A DNA stretch of 64,000 nt from Chloroflexota bacterium (lineage in GTDB: Bacteria > Chloroflexota > UBA11872 > VXOZ01), in assembly GCA_963662335.2 (NCBI GenBank), contig CAXXVD010000005.1, positions 288,001 through 352,000 on the forward strand, given 5' to 3'. Below, piece after piece: positions 18,514 through 29,352 of the stretch. Position numbers and translations under genes: made by a program. Position 1 is the first letter of the stretch, and each line of letters begins with the position of its first letter. The notes below the pieces were generated by a model. The model had not been told where the DNA came from. It saw only the letters and a program-made list of their open reading frames with translations, and did not search any database.

Positions 18514-20442
18514 ATGATCATTGGAATTGCCAAAGGCCCCGGCGAAACGCCGAACGAATACACCTTCGTCACCCCGGATACCGAGCGGCGGGTGAAGACG
18601 AGCGAATTCGTCTATTACGAAGCCGACGTGGACGGCGCCCGGCGCCAGATTCTGGGGCGGGTCTTCCGGCGCGTGCCGCTGCGGCTCTATCCGGATTCGT
18701 TTCTGGCCCAGCCGGAGGTGGATCCGGCGCAGGTGGCGGCGCTGGTCGGCTACCAGGCCGCAGACGAGCTTTCCCCGCCCGGCGCCCCCGGCGCGGCAAC
18801 CGCCGCGGCTGAACTATTTGAAATCCACGTCACGATCATGGGCTACCACGACGCCCAATTGAGCGCCTTCGTCAACCCGCGCATTCCGCCGCGCATCGGC
18901 TGGAAGATCCACCTGGCCGCGGACGGCGCGCTGGCGGCGGTGTTGAACCGCGTCGCCTTCGATTGGGAGCGCGGCGAGGCTGAGCGCGGCGGCGCGTTCG
19001 TCGGCTCGCTGCTCTCGCGCCCGGCGTTCAAGCCGCCCGCCGCCGCTCTTCCCGCCGCGTCGGAAGGCGCGGAGACCGGCGTAGACGCGGCAGAGTCCGG
19101 CGGCGTGCCGGTGGTGCTGGACGTGCGTTCCGTTACGGCCACCCACATGGCCATCATCGCCGGCACCGGCGCCGGCAAGAGCTACCTGGCCTCGGTCCTC
19201 ATCGAAGAGATGATGAAGCCCATCAACCGCGCCAGCATCCTGGTCATCGACCCCCATGGCGAGTACGACACGTTGGAAGATATCCGCAACGCCGCGGCCT
19301 TCCGCGCCGCCGACGGCTACAAGGCGGAGGTCAAAACCGTTCCCCAGGATCAGGTCAAGATTCGCGTCTCCGAACTCTCGCAATTCGACCTGCGCTTTCT
19401 GCTGGGCGCGCAGTACGGCTTCTCAGGGCCAATGGAATACGTGCTTGGAAACGTCCTCGAGCGCATCAAGAAAGACCGGGGCGACAAGACGCCGTGGACG
19501 AAGAACGATCTGTTTGCGGCGCTTGAGTATGAGCAAACCGGAGAAGACGAGAGAGCCGCCAGTTCTGCTCAAAACACCGGCGACGGGGGCGGCCCGGCGG
19601 ATTCCTTTGGCGACGACGCGCTCAGCTTCCTCGACACCGCCGGCCGGGGCGAGCGCAAGGGTTCCCACGCCAGGACGGACCCCCAAATGCGTGGCAGCGC
19701 GCGGGCGGTGGAATGGCGGCTGCGCAGCCTCTTTAGCGAAGCGCCAAATTTCGATGACGTGGACAGCATCAACTTGCAGGATGTCTTCCGCCCCGGCCTC
19801 TGTTCCGTGCTGCAACTGAACGAGATCGACCGCCGCCAGCAGCAGGTGATCGTAGCCGTGCTGCTCCGCATGGTGTGGAAAGCGCGCATGAACGCCGTCA
19901 AGGAGACCGGCAACCCCAAAGACCGCCTGGACTACCCGGCCTTCATCCTGTTGGAAGAGGCCCACCACTTCGCGCCGGCGAACGAAGACGTGGTGACCAC
20001 CAACATCCTGAAGACTATTCTGGCCGAGGGCAGGAAATTTGGCGTCGGCGTCGGCCTCATCAGCCAGCGCCCGGGCAAGCTCGATTCCGACGTGCTCTCC
20101 CAGTGCATGACGCAGTTTCTCTTGCGCATCGTCAACGAATACGACCAGAGCAGCGTGGCCGCGGCCGTTGAGAGCGCGAGCCGCGACCTGCTGGCGGAAT
20201 TGCCGGCGCTCTCCAAGGGCCAGGCGATCGTGGCGGGCGCCGCCGTCAATACGCCGCTTTCCATACGGGTGCGGCAGCGCATCACCCGCCACGGCGGCGC
20301 GGAGCCGGACGCGCCGAGCGAGTGGCGTTCTTTCTTCTCACAGGAGGCGCAGCGCCGCCGCGAGGTGGACGCCTCCGGCCTGCCGGAAGGCCCGCCGCGC
20401 GGCCGCAGCAATCTCTACTACAAGAGCCGCGAGCGCCGGTAG
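18514..20442 (+). CDS. herA: HerA-family ATPase/helicase
   Basis: N-terminal HAS barrel; HMAIIAGTGAGKS, IDPHGEY, LLEEAHHFAP, EGRKFGVG...SQRP, LPALSKGQA. Confidence 0.92.
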   Translation: MIIGIAKGPGETPNEYTFVTPDTERRVKTSEFVYYEADVDGARRQILGRVFRRVPLRLYPDSFLAQPEVDPAQVAALVGYQAADELSPPGAPGAATAAAELFEIHVTIMGYHDAQLSAFVNPRIPPRIGWKIHLAADGALAAVLNRVAFDWERGEAERGGAFVGSLLSRPAFKPPAAALPAASEGAETGVDAAESGGVPVVLDVRSVTATHMAIIAGTGAGKSYLASVLIEEMMKPINRASILVIDPHGEYDTLEDIRNAAAFRAADGYKAEVKTVPQDQVKIRVSELSQFDLRFLLGAQYGFSGPMEYVLGNVLERIKKDRGDKTPWTKNDLFAALEYEQTGEDERAASSAQNTGDGGGPADSFGDDALSFLDTAGRGERKGSHARTDPQMRGSARAVEWRLRSLFSEAPNFDDVDSINLQDVFRPGLCSVLQLNEIDRRQQQVIVAVLLRMVWKARMNAVKETGNPKDRLDYPAFILLEEAHHFAPANEDVVTTNILKTILAEGRKFGVGVGLISQRPGKLDSDVLSQCMTQFLLRIVNEYDQSSVAAAVESASRDLLAELPALSKGQAIVAGAAVNTPLSIRVRQRITRHGGAEPDAPSEWRSFFSQEAQRRREVDASGLPEGPPRGRSNLYYKSRERR

Positions 20443-20493
20443 CGGCCGAACGGTCGCTCGCCGTCTACGCCTTGCGTGCCGGTATCCTACTAG

Positions 20494-20553
20494 GTAGCGC
20501 GGGGGCTTGCCCCCCCCCCTCAAATTACCGTAGCGCGGGGGCTTGTCCCCCGC
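20494..20553. repeat. Family C GTAG-type REP, two direct copies
   Basis: GTAGCGCGGGGGCTTGTCCCCCGC at 20530-20553 is identical to 48464-48487 and 58406-58429; degenerate copy at 20494. Confidence 0.88.
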
Positions 20554-20634
20554 CTCTTGGCGACAGGCGGGTGCGCCAATCCACGCCAGGGCGCGAAACA
20601 CCCCGCGCCGCGCAGTCAGCCAAAGGCAGGCACT

Positions 20635-21690
20635 ATGCCCTTCAACTATGAATATCTCCAGCGCATACGCGCCGGCTTCATCGGCTGCGGCAAGCACGCC
20701 TATCAGAGCATCCTGCCCAGTTTCCAGTATGCGCCGGTGGAGTTGGTAGCGGTCTGCGACCTCATCGAGGAGCGCGCCCGCTTCTGCGCCCGCCAATTTG
20801 GGGCGCTGCGCTGGTACACCGACTACGCCGCCATGCTGGCTCAGGAAGACCTTGACGCCGTCTTCGTCGTGCTCAATCACGATGACGCGGGCCGCCCCCA
20901 GTACGCGCCGGCGGCGATTGACGTGCTGCGCGCCGGCGTGCACGTGTGGATCGAGAAGCCGCCCGCCTCCACGCTGGCGGAGATCGAACAGATGCAAACG
21001 GCCCGGGACGCGGCGCGGCGTTTCGTCCAGGTCGGCTTCAAGAAGCCCTTCTATCCGGCGATTCAACACGCCAGGAAGCTGCTGGAGCAACCGGAATTCG
21101 GCGCGCCCACCTCCGCCTACGTCCACTACGCCGTGAACCTGCCGCCCGCCGCCGAGCGGCCCCACAGCCGGGAGATGATGCGCTTCCTGCAAATCGGCTG
21201 CCACCCGCTCTCGATACTGCAATTCCTGCTCGGCGCGCCGCGCACGCTCTACTTTGCCGACGAAGCGCGGCAGGGCAGTTCGCTGGGCGTCTTTACGTTC
21301 GCCAACGGCAGCATCGGCTGCCTGCACCAGGCGGCCGGCAAGGGCGAGCACGCCCCGTGGGACCGGGTGGAAGTCAACGGTGAAGGCGCGTCGCTGGTGG
21401 TCGAGAACGGCATCGACCTCACCTACTACCCGCCGGGCGCGCCGCGCGCGTCGGACACGTTCGTCAGTGCTGACGCCGCCGCGCCCCGCCGCTGGCTGCC
21501 CGACTTCTCCCACGGCCGCCTGGCCAACAAAGGCCTCTTCCTCCTCGGCTACGCGCCGGAACTCATCGCCTTCGCCGAAAGCATCCTCACCAACACCCCG
21601 CCCCAAACCGCCACCCTGGAAGACGCCCACGATGTGATCCGCATGTACCTCGGCTACACCCAACCGGCGGGACAGGTCATTGCGCTGTAG
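20635..21690 (+). CDS. Gfo/Idh/MocA oxidoreductase
   Basis: GFIGCG, VAVCD, HVWIEKP. Confidence 0.88.
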   Translation: MPFNYEYLQRIRAGFIGCGKHAYQSILPSFQYAPVELVAVCDLIEERARFCARQFGALRWYTDYAAMLAQEDLDAVFVVLNHDDAGRPQYAPAAIDVLRAGVHVWIEKPPASTLAEIEQMQTARDAARRFVQVGFKKPFYPAIQHARKLLEQPEFGAPTSAYVHYAVNLPPAAERPHSREMMRFLQIGCHPLSILQFLLGAPRTLYFADEARQGSSLGVFTFANGSIGCLHQAAGKGEHAPWDRVEVNGEGASLVVENGIDLTYYPPGAPRASDTFVSADAAAPRRWLPDFSHGRLANKGLFLLGYAPELIAFAESILTNTPPQTATLEDAHDVIRMYLGYTQPAGQVIAL

Positions 21691-21747
21691 TTCCCGGTGG
21701 CGCGTGAACGGAACGAGGCGCCTAGTGGGAGACCGCGCGCATCCTCC

Positions 21748-22707
21748 TCACACAGGCGGCGGAACCGGCGGCAAATCGTAGTCGCGCGCTTCCAACGCCA
21801 TAATCTCCGCCACCTCCTCCGCCGTCATTGGCTTTGCGTCCGCGGCGCGCACGTTGTCCTCCACTTCGGCTACGGTCATGGCCCCGGGAATCACGCCGTG
21901 CACACCCGGCGTCGCCAGCACGAATTGCAGCGCGGCCTGCGTCATCGTTCTCCCTTGCGTGAGGAAACGCAGCCTCTCCACGCGCGCCAGCACCGCCTCG
22001 ATGAAGTCCCTCCTGAACTTCCGCCGGTCGTCATGGTCGTCGAAGACCGTAGCGCGCGTTATCGCCCCGGTAAGGAATCCAAAGTAGAAATTTTCCCGCG
22101 CGATCACACCGACTCTGTGCGCCTGCGCAAGCGGGAACAATTCTTGAGCCGGCAACGTGTACAACAGCCGATAAGCCTGCTGGATGACGTCCACCTGCCC
22201 CTGCTCGATGAGGCACATTGCCGGCGGAATGCCCTCATCCACCGACATGACGGAGAAGCCGGCCGCCCGGATCTTGCCCTGCTCCTTGAGGCGAACCAGC
22301 GCTTCCAAGCCGTCGTCGCGGTAGAGTTCCGCGTCCGGGCTGTGCAGCATGTAGATGTCCAGGTAGTCCGTGCGCAGGCGGCGCAAACTCTCCTCGACCG
22401 CGCGCATCACCGTCGCGCCGGAGTAATCAAAGTGCCGGCGTCCGCCGGGAAACATGCCCACTTTCGTCGCCAGCACGACCTCGTGGCGTCTTCCGGCGAT
22501 GGCTGCGCCGATTACCTCCTCACTGCGGCCGTTGCCATAGATGGGCGCGGTATCGATGTGGTTGACGCCAAGTTCCAGCGCCCGCAGAATGGCGCGCCGC
22601 GACTCTGCGTCGTCCGCGCGCCCGTAACGGTCGCCGCCCATGCCCCACGTTCCCAGCCCCACCTCTGAAATCCGTATACCCGTTCTGCCCAGCGTGCGGT
22701 ATTTCAT
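21748..22707 (-). CDS. Aldo/keto reductase
   Basis: YRTLGRTG, IDTAPIYG, LATKVG, SLRRLRTDYLDIYMLH. Confidence 0.93.
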   Translation of the reverse strand: MKYRTLGRTGIRISEVGLGTWGMGGDRYGRADDAESRRAILRALELGVNHIDTAPIYGNGRSEEVIGAAIAGRRHEVVLATKVGMFPGGRRHFDYSGATVMRAVEESLRRLRTDYLDIYMLHSPDAELYRDDGLEALVRLKEQGKIRAAGFSVMSVDEGIPPAMCLIEQGQVDVIQQAYRLLYTLPAQELFPLAQAHRVGVIARENFYFGFLTGAITRATVFDDHDDRRKFRRDFIEAVLARVERLRFLTQGRTMTQAALQFVLATPGVHGVIPGAMTVAEVEDNVRAADAKPMTAEEVAEIMALEARDYDLPPVPPPV

Positions 22708-22867
22708 AAGCTATCCTCTCTGCCAAAGAATCCTGTTGGCGCTATTCTCATACATCACGTAGCCGCAGTCCATGCGGAAGTTCCGCTCATTCGACACACC
22801 GCCAGGCTTTCCGGTATTCTGGTGCTGGCGTTTCTCACAGCCGGTCAAGGTGCAGTTGTTCAGTCCT

Positions 22868-24001
22868 ATGAAGATTCACGAATTTCAAGCGAAAGACATC
22901 CTGGCAGAGTACGGCTTGCCCATACCGCCCAGCCGGGTGGTGAGCACGTCTGATGAAGCGCGGGAAGCGGCGGCGGCAATTGGCGGCATGGTGGTAGTCA
23001 AGGCGCAGGTGCTGGTGGGCGGGCGCGGCAAGGCCGGCGGGGTCAAGCTGGCGACCACGCCGGACGAAGCGGCGGCGCAGGCGGCGGCCATCCTGGGCAT
23101 GGACATCAAGGGCATCATCGTGCGGCGCGTGCTGGTTGCGCAGGCGGTGGACATCGCCACGGAAATCTATCTCGGCGTCATCCTCGACCGCGCGGCCAAA
23201 GCCATCACCATCATGGCGAGCGCGGAAGGCGGCGTGGAAATCGAAGAAGTGGCGCGGGAGACGCCGGAGAAGATTCACCGCGTCCACGTGCATCCCCTGG
23301 CGGGCTTCTCCGACTACCAGGGCCGCCAATTGGCCTTCGACGTGGGCATTCCCGCGAACCTGAGCCGCGATTTCGCCCGCATCGTCCGCGCGCTCGTGCA
23401 GGCGCTCAGCGAAAACGACGGCGAGTTAGTCGAGATCAACCCGCTGGTCATTACCGCGGACGGCGCAATCCAGTGCATCGACGCCAAGATCAATCTGGAC
23501 GACAACGCCCTCTTCCGCCACAAGGCGCTGGCCGAATTGCGCGACCGCGATGAAGAAGAGCCCGCCGAACGCACGGCGCGGGAAGCGGGACTCTCGTTCG
23601 TCAAGCTCGACGGCGCGATTGGCTGCGTCGTCAACGGCGCCGGCCTCGCCATGGCGACTATGGACACCATCAAGCTTAGCGGCGGCAGTCCGGCCAACTT
23701 CCTCGACATTGGCGGCGGCGCCCGCGCGGAGAGCGTGGCCGACGCGCTGCGCATCATCCTGGACGACGAAAACGTGACGGCAATTCTCATCAACATCTTT
23801 GGCGGCATCACGCGCTGCGACGAGGTGGCGCGCGGCATCGTGAGCGCCCTGCCATCGCTTTCGCGCTCCGTGCCGCTGGTGGTGCGCCTGGTTGGCACCA
23901 ATCAGGCCGAGGGACGCGCCATCTTGCAGGAGGCGGGCCTGACGGCCGCCGACACCATGCAGGCCGCGTCGCAGGAAGTAGTGCGGGTGGCGGGTTCATG
24001 A
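22868..24001 (+). CDS. sucC: Succinyl-CoA synthetase beta subunit
   Basis: [43 protein letters not shown]. Confidence 0.97.
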   Translation: MKIHEFQAKDILAEYGLPIPPSRVVSTSDEAREAAAAIGGMVVVKAQVLVGGRGKAGGVKLATTPDEAAAQAAAILGMDIKGIIVRRVLVAQAVDIATEIYLGVILDRAAKAITIMASAEGGVEIEEVARETPEKIHRVHVHPLAGFSDYQGRQLAFDVGIPANLSRDFARIVRALVQALSENDGELVEINPLVITADGAIQCIDAKINLDDNALFRHKALAELRDRDEEEPAERTAREAGLSFVKLDGAIGCVVNGAGLAMATMDTIKLSGGSPANFLDIGGGARAESVADALRIILDDENVTAILINIFGGITRCDEVARGIVSALPSLSRSVPLVVRLVGTNQAEGRAILQEAGLTAADTMQAASQEVVRVAGS

Positions 24002-24870
24002 GCATCCTGGTTGACGAAAACACCCGCCTGCTGGTGCAGGGCATCACCGGCCGCGAAGGCGCGTTTCACACCGAGCAGATGGTGGCCTACGGCACGCAGG
24101 TCGTGGCCGGCGTTACGCCGGGGCGCGGCGGGCAAACGGTCTGCGGCGCGCCGGTCTTCAATACCGTGGCCCATGCCGCGCGGGAAACCGGCGCGAACGT
24201 CTCGATCATCTTCGTGCCCGGCCCGTTCGCTCCCGATGCCATTACTGAGGCGGTTGACGCCGGCATCCCCTTCGTCATCTGCATCAGCGAGCATATTCCC
24301 GTCCACGACATGCTGAAAGTCTATCATTATGTCAATCTCAAGGGCGCGCGCCTGCTCGGCCCCAATTGCCCCGGCCTCATCTCGCCGGGCAAAGCCAAAG
24401 TGGGCATCATGGCGGGCGATATTCATATGCTAGGCCCGGTCGGCGTCGTCAGCCGCTCCGGCACGCTCACGTACGAAGTGGTCTCGCACCTCACCGGGGA
24501 AGAGGTCGGGCAGTCCACCGTCATCGGCATCGGCGGCGATCCGGTGGTCGGGACCGGCTTCATCGACGTGCTGCGCCTGTTCGAAGAAGACCCGCAGACC
24601 GAGGCGATTGTGATGATTGGCGAAATCGGCGGCACCGATGAAGAAGAGGCCGCGGCTTTCATCGCGGCCCACGTTACCAAGCCCGTAGTCGGCTTCATTG
24701 CCGGACGCACCGCGCCGCCGGAAAAGCGCATGGGACACGCCGGGGCCATCGTCTCCGGCGGCATCGGCACGGCGGATTCGAAGATCGCGGCGCTCCAGGC
24801 GGCCGGCGTGCAGGTCGCGGACTTTCCCCGCGAGGCGGCGCTGCTGGCCGCGGCGCAGGTCCGGCGCTAG
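23998..24870 (+). CDS. sucD: Succinyl-CoA synthetase alpha subunit
   Basis: [29 protein letters not shown]. Confidence 0.97.
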   Translation: MSILVDENTRLLVQGITGREGAFHTEQMVAYGTQVVAGVTPGRGGQTVCGAPVFNTVAHAARETGANVSIIFVPGPFAPDAITEAVDAGIPFVICISEHIPVHDMLKVYHYVNLKGARLLGPNCPGLISPGKAKVGIMAGDIHMLGPVGVVSRSGTLTYEVVSHLTGEEVGQSTVIGIGGDPVVGTGFIDVLRLFEEDPQTEAIVMIGEIGGTDEEEAAAFIAAHVTKPVVGFIAGRTAPPEKRMGHAGAIVSGGIGTADSKIAALQAAGVQVADFPREAALLAAAQVRR

Positions 24871-24910
24871 CCGCAAATACAGGCTTCACGCACTGGAAGG
24901 GAAAAAGCAA

Positions 24911-26224
24911 ATGGCGCTCCAGCTTGGCGCGGCGCAACGGACGATCACACCGCCGCTCGGCACGCACATGGCCGGTTACTACCACGTGCGCCCGGCGGCG
25001 GCCGTGCACGACGATCTCTATGCCCGCGCGCTCGTAATCGACGACGGCGCGACTGCCATCGCGCTCGTCACGTGCGACCTGGTCTCGATTCGTGAAGAGA
25101 GCGTCGTCAACGCGCGCGCACAGATCGCGGCAGCCACCGCCATCCCCGGCGCGCACGTGCTCATCTGCTGCACGCACACGCACACCGGCCCCATCACGCG
25201 GGGCGACCGCAGCGCCGCCACCTTTGGCAGCATGAGCGAATCGTACATGGCCGACCTGGAGCGGCAAATCGCCGCAGCAGTAACGGAAGCGTGGCAGTCG
25301 CGGCAACCGGGCACGCTCCGCATCGGCAAGGCGCAGGAGACCCGCATCGCCTTCAACCGCCGCTTCCACATGCGCGACGGCAGCGTCAAGACGAATCCGG
25401 GCAAGAACAACCCGGACGTCGTCGCGCCGGTTGGCCCCATTGACCCGGACGTCTACGTGCTGCTGGCGGAGTCGAACCAGGGCGAGCCGCTCGGCGTGCT
25501 CGTCAACTATTCGCTCCACGCCGACACCACCGGCGGCGACCACATCTCCGCCGACTACTCCGGCTGGATGGAAAAGCACCTCAAGAATATGTCGCCGGAG
25601 TTGGATGAGGCTGTGCTCCTCTACGCCAACGGCTACTGCGGCGACATCAACCACGTCAACGTGCACGATCCCGACCAACTGAAGGGCTTCGCGGAATCCG
25701 AGCGCATCGGCCGCGCGCTGGCGGAAAGCGCCACCCAGGCGCTTGCACAACTGGAGCCGCTTGAAGGCGAAACCGTGCACGCAGTTCAGCGCGTCGAGGC
25801 GCTGCCGGCCGTAGCGCCGACCGCTGCGGACATTGCCTGGGCCCAGGAAGCGGTGGCCGCCGCGCCCATGGGCGGCGGACCCGGCCGCGACGACCTGGTC
25901 AAGGCGCACCGCGATCTAGCGCTCCAGGAGTTGGGCCAACGACACTTCGATACCGAAGTCCAAGTGCTGGCCGTGGGCAACGTGGCGTTCACGGCGCTGC
26001 CCGGCGAGATCTTCGTCGAACTTGGGCTTGCCATCAAAGCGGACTCGCCGTTCGCCCACAACCTGCTGGCGGAACTCGCCAACGGCAATCTGGGCTACAT
26101 TTGCACGGCAGCGGCCTACCCGCAGGGTGCGTACGAGCCAACGTCCAGCCGCGTGCTGCCGGGCTCCGGCGAGCAACTGGTCCGCGCCGCGCTCGAATTG
26201 CAGCGCGGCATTGCCGCCGGCTGA
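24911..26224 (+). CDS. Neutral/alkaline ceramidase N-terminal-like metallohydrolase
   Basis: ITPPLG.MAGY, HDDLYARAL, CTHTHTGP, FNRR, NYSLHAD, ISADY, PGEIF, GAYE. Confidence 0.78.
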   Translation: MALQLGAAQRTITPPLGTHMAGYYHVRPAAAVHDDLYARALVIDDGATAIALVTCDLVSIREESVVNARAQIAAATAIPGAHVLICCTHTHTGPITRGDRSAATFGSMSESYMADLERQIAAAVTEAWQSRQPGTLRIGKAQETRIAFNRRFHMRDGSVKTNPGKNNPDVVAPVGPIDPDVYVLLAESNQGEPLGVLVNYSLHADTTGGDHISADYSGWMEKHLKNMSPELDEAVLLYANGYCGDINHVNVHDPDQLKGFAESERIGRALAESATQALAQLEPLEGETVHAVQRVEALPAVAPTAADIAWAQEAVAAAPMGGGPGRDDLVKAHRDLALQELGQRHFDTEVQVLAVGNVAFTALPGEIFVELGLAIKADSPFAHNLLAELANGNLGYICTAAAYPQGAYEPTSSRVLPGSGEQLVRAALELQRGIAAG

Positions 26225-26442
26225 CGCAGCCGGCGCCGGCGCGGGACAGCCGCCTCTGGCTAGGGGAGCGGCTCGGCCGGCGCGGTCTGCTGTATTGATA
26301 CGCGCCGTTGGTATATAATTGGAAAAGGCGATAGAATACTCATTTGGCGCAAGCGCAGCGCGCCGGCAGCCGCGCGTCACGGGTTGTCCAAGGCGCTCGC
26401 CGCGCGGCAGTGGAACGACACAGGAAGCAAAGCACGCGAACG

Positions 26443-28200
26443 ATGACAAGAAACGACCTCGTGATTCGTGTCGCCGGTGAGGCCGGCGAAGGAATTCTCT
26501 CCACCGGCCAGTTGCTCACGCAGGCGGCGCTGCGGGCCGGTTTTCACATCCTTACGTACTCCCAGCCGCCATCCGAAATCAAAGGCGGACACGCCTTCTT
26601 CCAGATCAGGCTGAGCGCGGACAAGTCCTACAGCAAAGGCGATTCCGTAGACATTCTGCTCGCCTTCAACCAGGAAGCCTACGATCGCAACGCGGCCGAG
26701 ACTAAGGACGACGGCCTGCTGGTCTACGACCCCTCGGAAGTCACGCCCTCCGCCGACAGCCATTTCGTGCAGGTGGAGTTTCCCCTCAACGACATCGCCA
26801 AGAACGAACTCAAGTTTCCCATTGCCAAGAACGTGGTGGCGGTGGGCGCGTTGGCGGAACTCTTCGAACTGCCCACCAAGCACCTGGATACCCTCATCGA
26901 AGAGAAGTGGCTGCGCAAGGGCGAAGCGGTCGTCCAAAAGAACCTGGACGCGCTGCGGGCCGGCATCGACTACGTCATCGCGCACGTTCCCGACCGTGAA
27001 CGCTTTGCCCTCCATCCGGACAAGCCGCATTCGGGCGAAATCATGGTGAGCGGCAGCGAGGCGATCGGCCTCGGCGCAGTCGCCGCCGGCTGCAGTTTCA
27101 TGGCGGGCTATCCGATTACGCCGGCCAGCGACATCAAAGAGTTCCTGGAAGTCCATCTGCCGAAAACGGGCGGCCACGCGCTGCAAGCGGAGGACGAACT
27201 CGCCGCCATCGGCATGGTGCTGGGCGCGTCCTATGCCGGCTCAAAGGCACTGACGGCCACTTCCGGTCCCGGTTTCAGCCTAATGATTGAGATGCTTGGC
27301 CTGGCGGCTATGGCGGAACTCCCCTGCGTCATCGTGGATGCGCAGCGCGCCGGGCCTTCCACCGGCATGCCGACCCGCCACGAGCAGGGCGACCTCTACC
27401 AGGCCGCGTTCGCCGGCCACGGCGAATGCCCGCGCATCGTACTCGCGCCCACGTCGGTAGGCGACGCTTTCTACCAGACCGTCAACGCCTTCAACCTGGC
27501 GGAGAAGTACCAGACCCCCGTCATCCTGCTGGGCGACACCCTGCTCAACGTGCGTTCCGAGAGCATACCCCGGCCAAATCTGGACGAGATCGAGGTGGTG
27601 GATCGCCTGCTCTTTTCCCAAAACGGCAACGGCGCCGCCGCAAGCGGCAGTGTGAACGGCGAGTACAACCGCTACGTGCTCACCGACAACGGGGTCTCGC
27701 CGATGTCCATTCCCGGCCAGGCCGGCGGACAGTACATCGCCACGGGCCTCGAGCACAACGAAGAGGGTCTGCACCGCTATGACGAAGCGACCCACACGAT
27801 TATGACCCAGAAGCGCTTCCGCAAGCTGGAACGCGCCGCCCTGGAAGCGCCGGCGCCGGACCGCTATGGCGATCCCACCGCCGACGTGGGTATCCTTACG
27901 TGGGGCTCCACCGTCGGCTCCGTCATCGAAGCCATTCGCGCCGCGGAATTGGAGGGTCTGAGCCTCGACATGCTCGCGCCCAAGATGCTGATGCCGCTGC
28001 CGGACGCGCAACTGCGCCCCTTCATCGAAAGCAAACGCCTGATACTCATTCCCGAAGTCAACTACACCGGCCAATTCGCCAACATGATCGCGAGCCAGTA
28101 CGCGCGCGAATTCGTGCGCATCAACATCTTCGGCGGCATGCCGTTCCGCGTCGACCGGCTGCTGGAGAAGATACGAGAGGAAGTGGCATTGCATGTCTAG
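26443..28200 (+). CDS. korA: 2-oxoacid:ferredoxin oxidoreductase alpha(+gamma) subunit
   Basis: AGEAGEG, SEIKGG, GYPITPAS, QAEDELAA, TATSGPG, RAGPSTGMPT. Confidence 0.93.
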   Translation: MTRNDLVIRVAGEAGEGILSTGQLLTQAALRAGFHILTYSQPPSEIKGGHAFFQIRLSADKSYSKGDSVDILLAFNQEAYDRNAAETKDDGLLVYDPSEVTPSADSHFVQVEFPLNDIAKNELKFPIAKNVVAVGALAELFELPTKHLDTLIEEKWLRKGEAVVQKNLDALRAGIDYVIAHVPDRERFALHPDKPHSGEIMVSGSEAIGLGAVAAGCSFMAGYPITPASDIKEFLEVHLPKTGGHALQAEDELAAIGMVLGASYAGSKALTATSGPGFSLMIEMLGLAAMAELPCVIVDAQRAGPSTGMPTRHEQGDLYQAAFAGHGECPRIVLAPTSVGDAFYQTVNAFNLAEKYQTPVILLGDTLLNVRSESIPRPNLDEIEVVDRLLFSQNGNGAAASGSVNGEYNRYVLTDNGVSPMSIPGQAGGQYIATGLEHNEEGLHRYDEATHTIMTQKRFRKLERAALEAPAPDRYGDPTADVGILTWGSTVGSVIEAIRAAELEGLSLDMLAPKMLMPLPDAQLRPFIESKRLILIPEVNYTGQFANMIASQYAREFVRINIFGGMPFRVDRLLEKIREEVALHV

Positions 28201-29059
28201 CGTGGTAACCGCAGAGAAGCGAAAAGTTGCCGACTACAAGGGCGATGAACGCCCCACCTGGTGCCCCGGTTGCGGCGACTTTGGCGTCCTGAACGCCGTC
28301 TTCAAGGCGCTGAGCGACCACAATTTCGCGCCCGAGGACGTTATCATCGTCTCCGGCATCGGCTGCTCCAGCCGCCTGCCCTTCTTCACCGGCGCGTACG
28401 GTTTCCATACGGTGCATGGGCGCGCCATGCCCGTGGCCGCCGGCATTCGCGCCGTGCAGCCGGACATGCCGGTGCTGGCCATGGGCGGCGACGGCGACGC
28501 CTTTGCCATCGGCGTCGGGCACCTGGTCCACGCCATCCGCCGCAACCTGAACATCTGCTACGTGGTGATGGATAACGCGGTCTACGGCCTGACGAAAGGG
28601 CAGACCTCGCCCACGGCCGAGCGCGGCCTGGCCACCAAGGCCACGCCCCAGGGCGCCAGCGACCCGGCGGTGAACCCGCTGTTGCTCGCGCTGGCCACCG
28701 GCTGCACGTTCGTCGCCCGCGGCTTCTCCAGCAAGCCCAAGGATCTGGCGGACCTGATTGCGCGCGGCATTGCTCATCCGGGCTTTGCCTTCATCGACAC
28801 CTACAGCCCGTGCCCAACGTTCAATACGGTCCATACGTTCAAGTACTACCGGGACGCGACGGCAGACCTGCCGGCCGACTTCGATCCCACCGACTTCGGC
28901 GCCGCCCTCCAGTACGCCGCCAGCGAAGACCCGCTCTACCTGGGACTCTACTACCAGTCCGAGCAACCCACGTTCGAGGACCACATCAGGAACAACAAGC
29001 CGGACGTAACGAAGAACGCCATGACCGTGGTGGAAGACCTCTTCGACCAAATGAGCTAG
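28193..29059 (+). CDS. korB: 2-oxoacid:ferredoxin oxidoreductase beta subunit
   Basis: TWCPGCGDFG, SGIGCSS, GGDGD, NAVYGLTKGQTSPT, SPCPTFN. Confidence 0.94.
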   Translation: MSSVVTAEKRKVADYKGDERPTWCPGCGDFGVLNAVFKALSDHNFAPEDVIIVSGIGCSSRLPFFTGAYGFHTVHGRAMPVAAGIRAVQPDMPVLAMGGDGDAFAIGVGHLVHAIRRNLNICYVVMDNAVYGLTKGQTSPTAERGLATKATPQGASDPAVNPLLLALATGCTFVARGFSSKPKDLADLIARGIAHPGFAFIDTYSPCPTFNTVHTFKYYRDATADLPADFDPTDFGAALQYAASEDPLYLGLYYQSEQPTFEDHIRNNKPDVTKNAMTVVEDLFDQMS

Positions 29060-29352
29060 GCCCTGGGCGGACTTGACTCCGCGGACGCGACTCTTTCGAG
29101 AGGTTTCATGAGCGAACTCCGGGAGGTAGGAGTTCGCTTTTGTGCGCCCGCTCTTGGAGACGGCGCCGTTGCTTAACATTCGTGCTAGCTGGACGGTATA
29201 CTAGTGCCTGAGAGTCTGTAGCCTCTCTTGCGTGAGTTGATAGACGAATCGCACGGCAAGGAATAACGCCGGCATCTCTTGCGCTGACCCTTGGCTGCCG
29301 TTCGACATCGAAGCGCCGAGGATAGAATTTCTTCGCATCGGAGCGAAATTTC

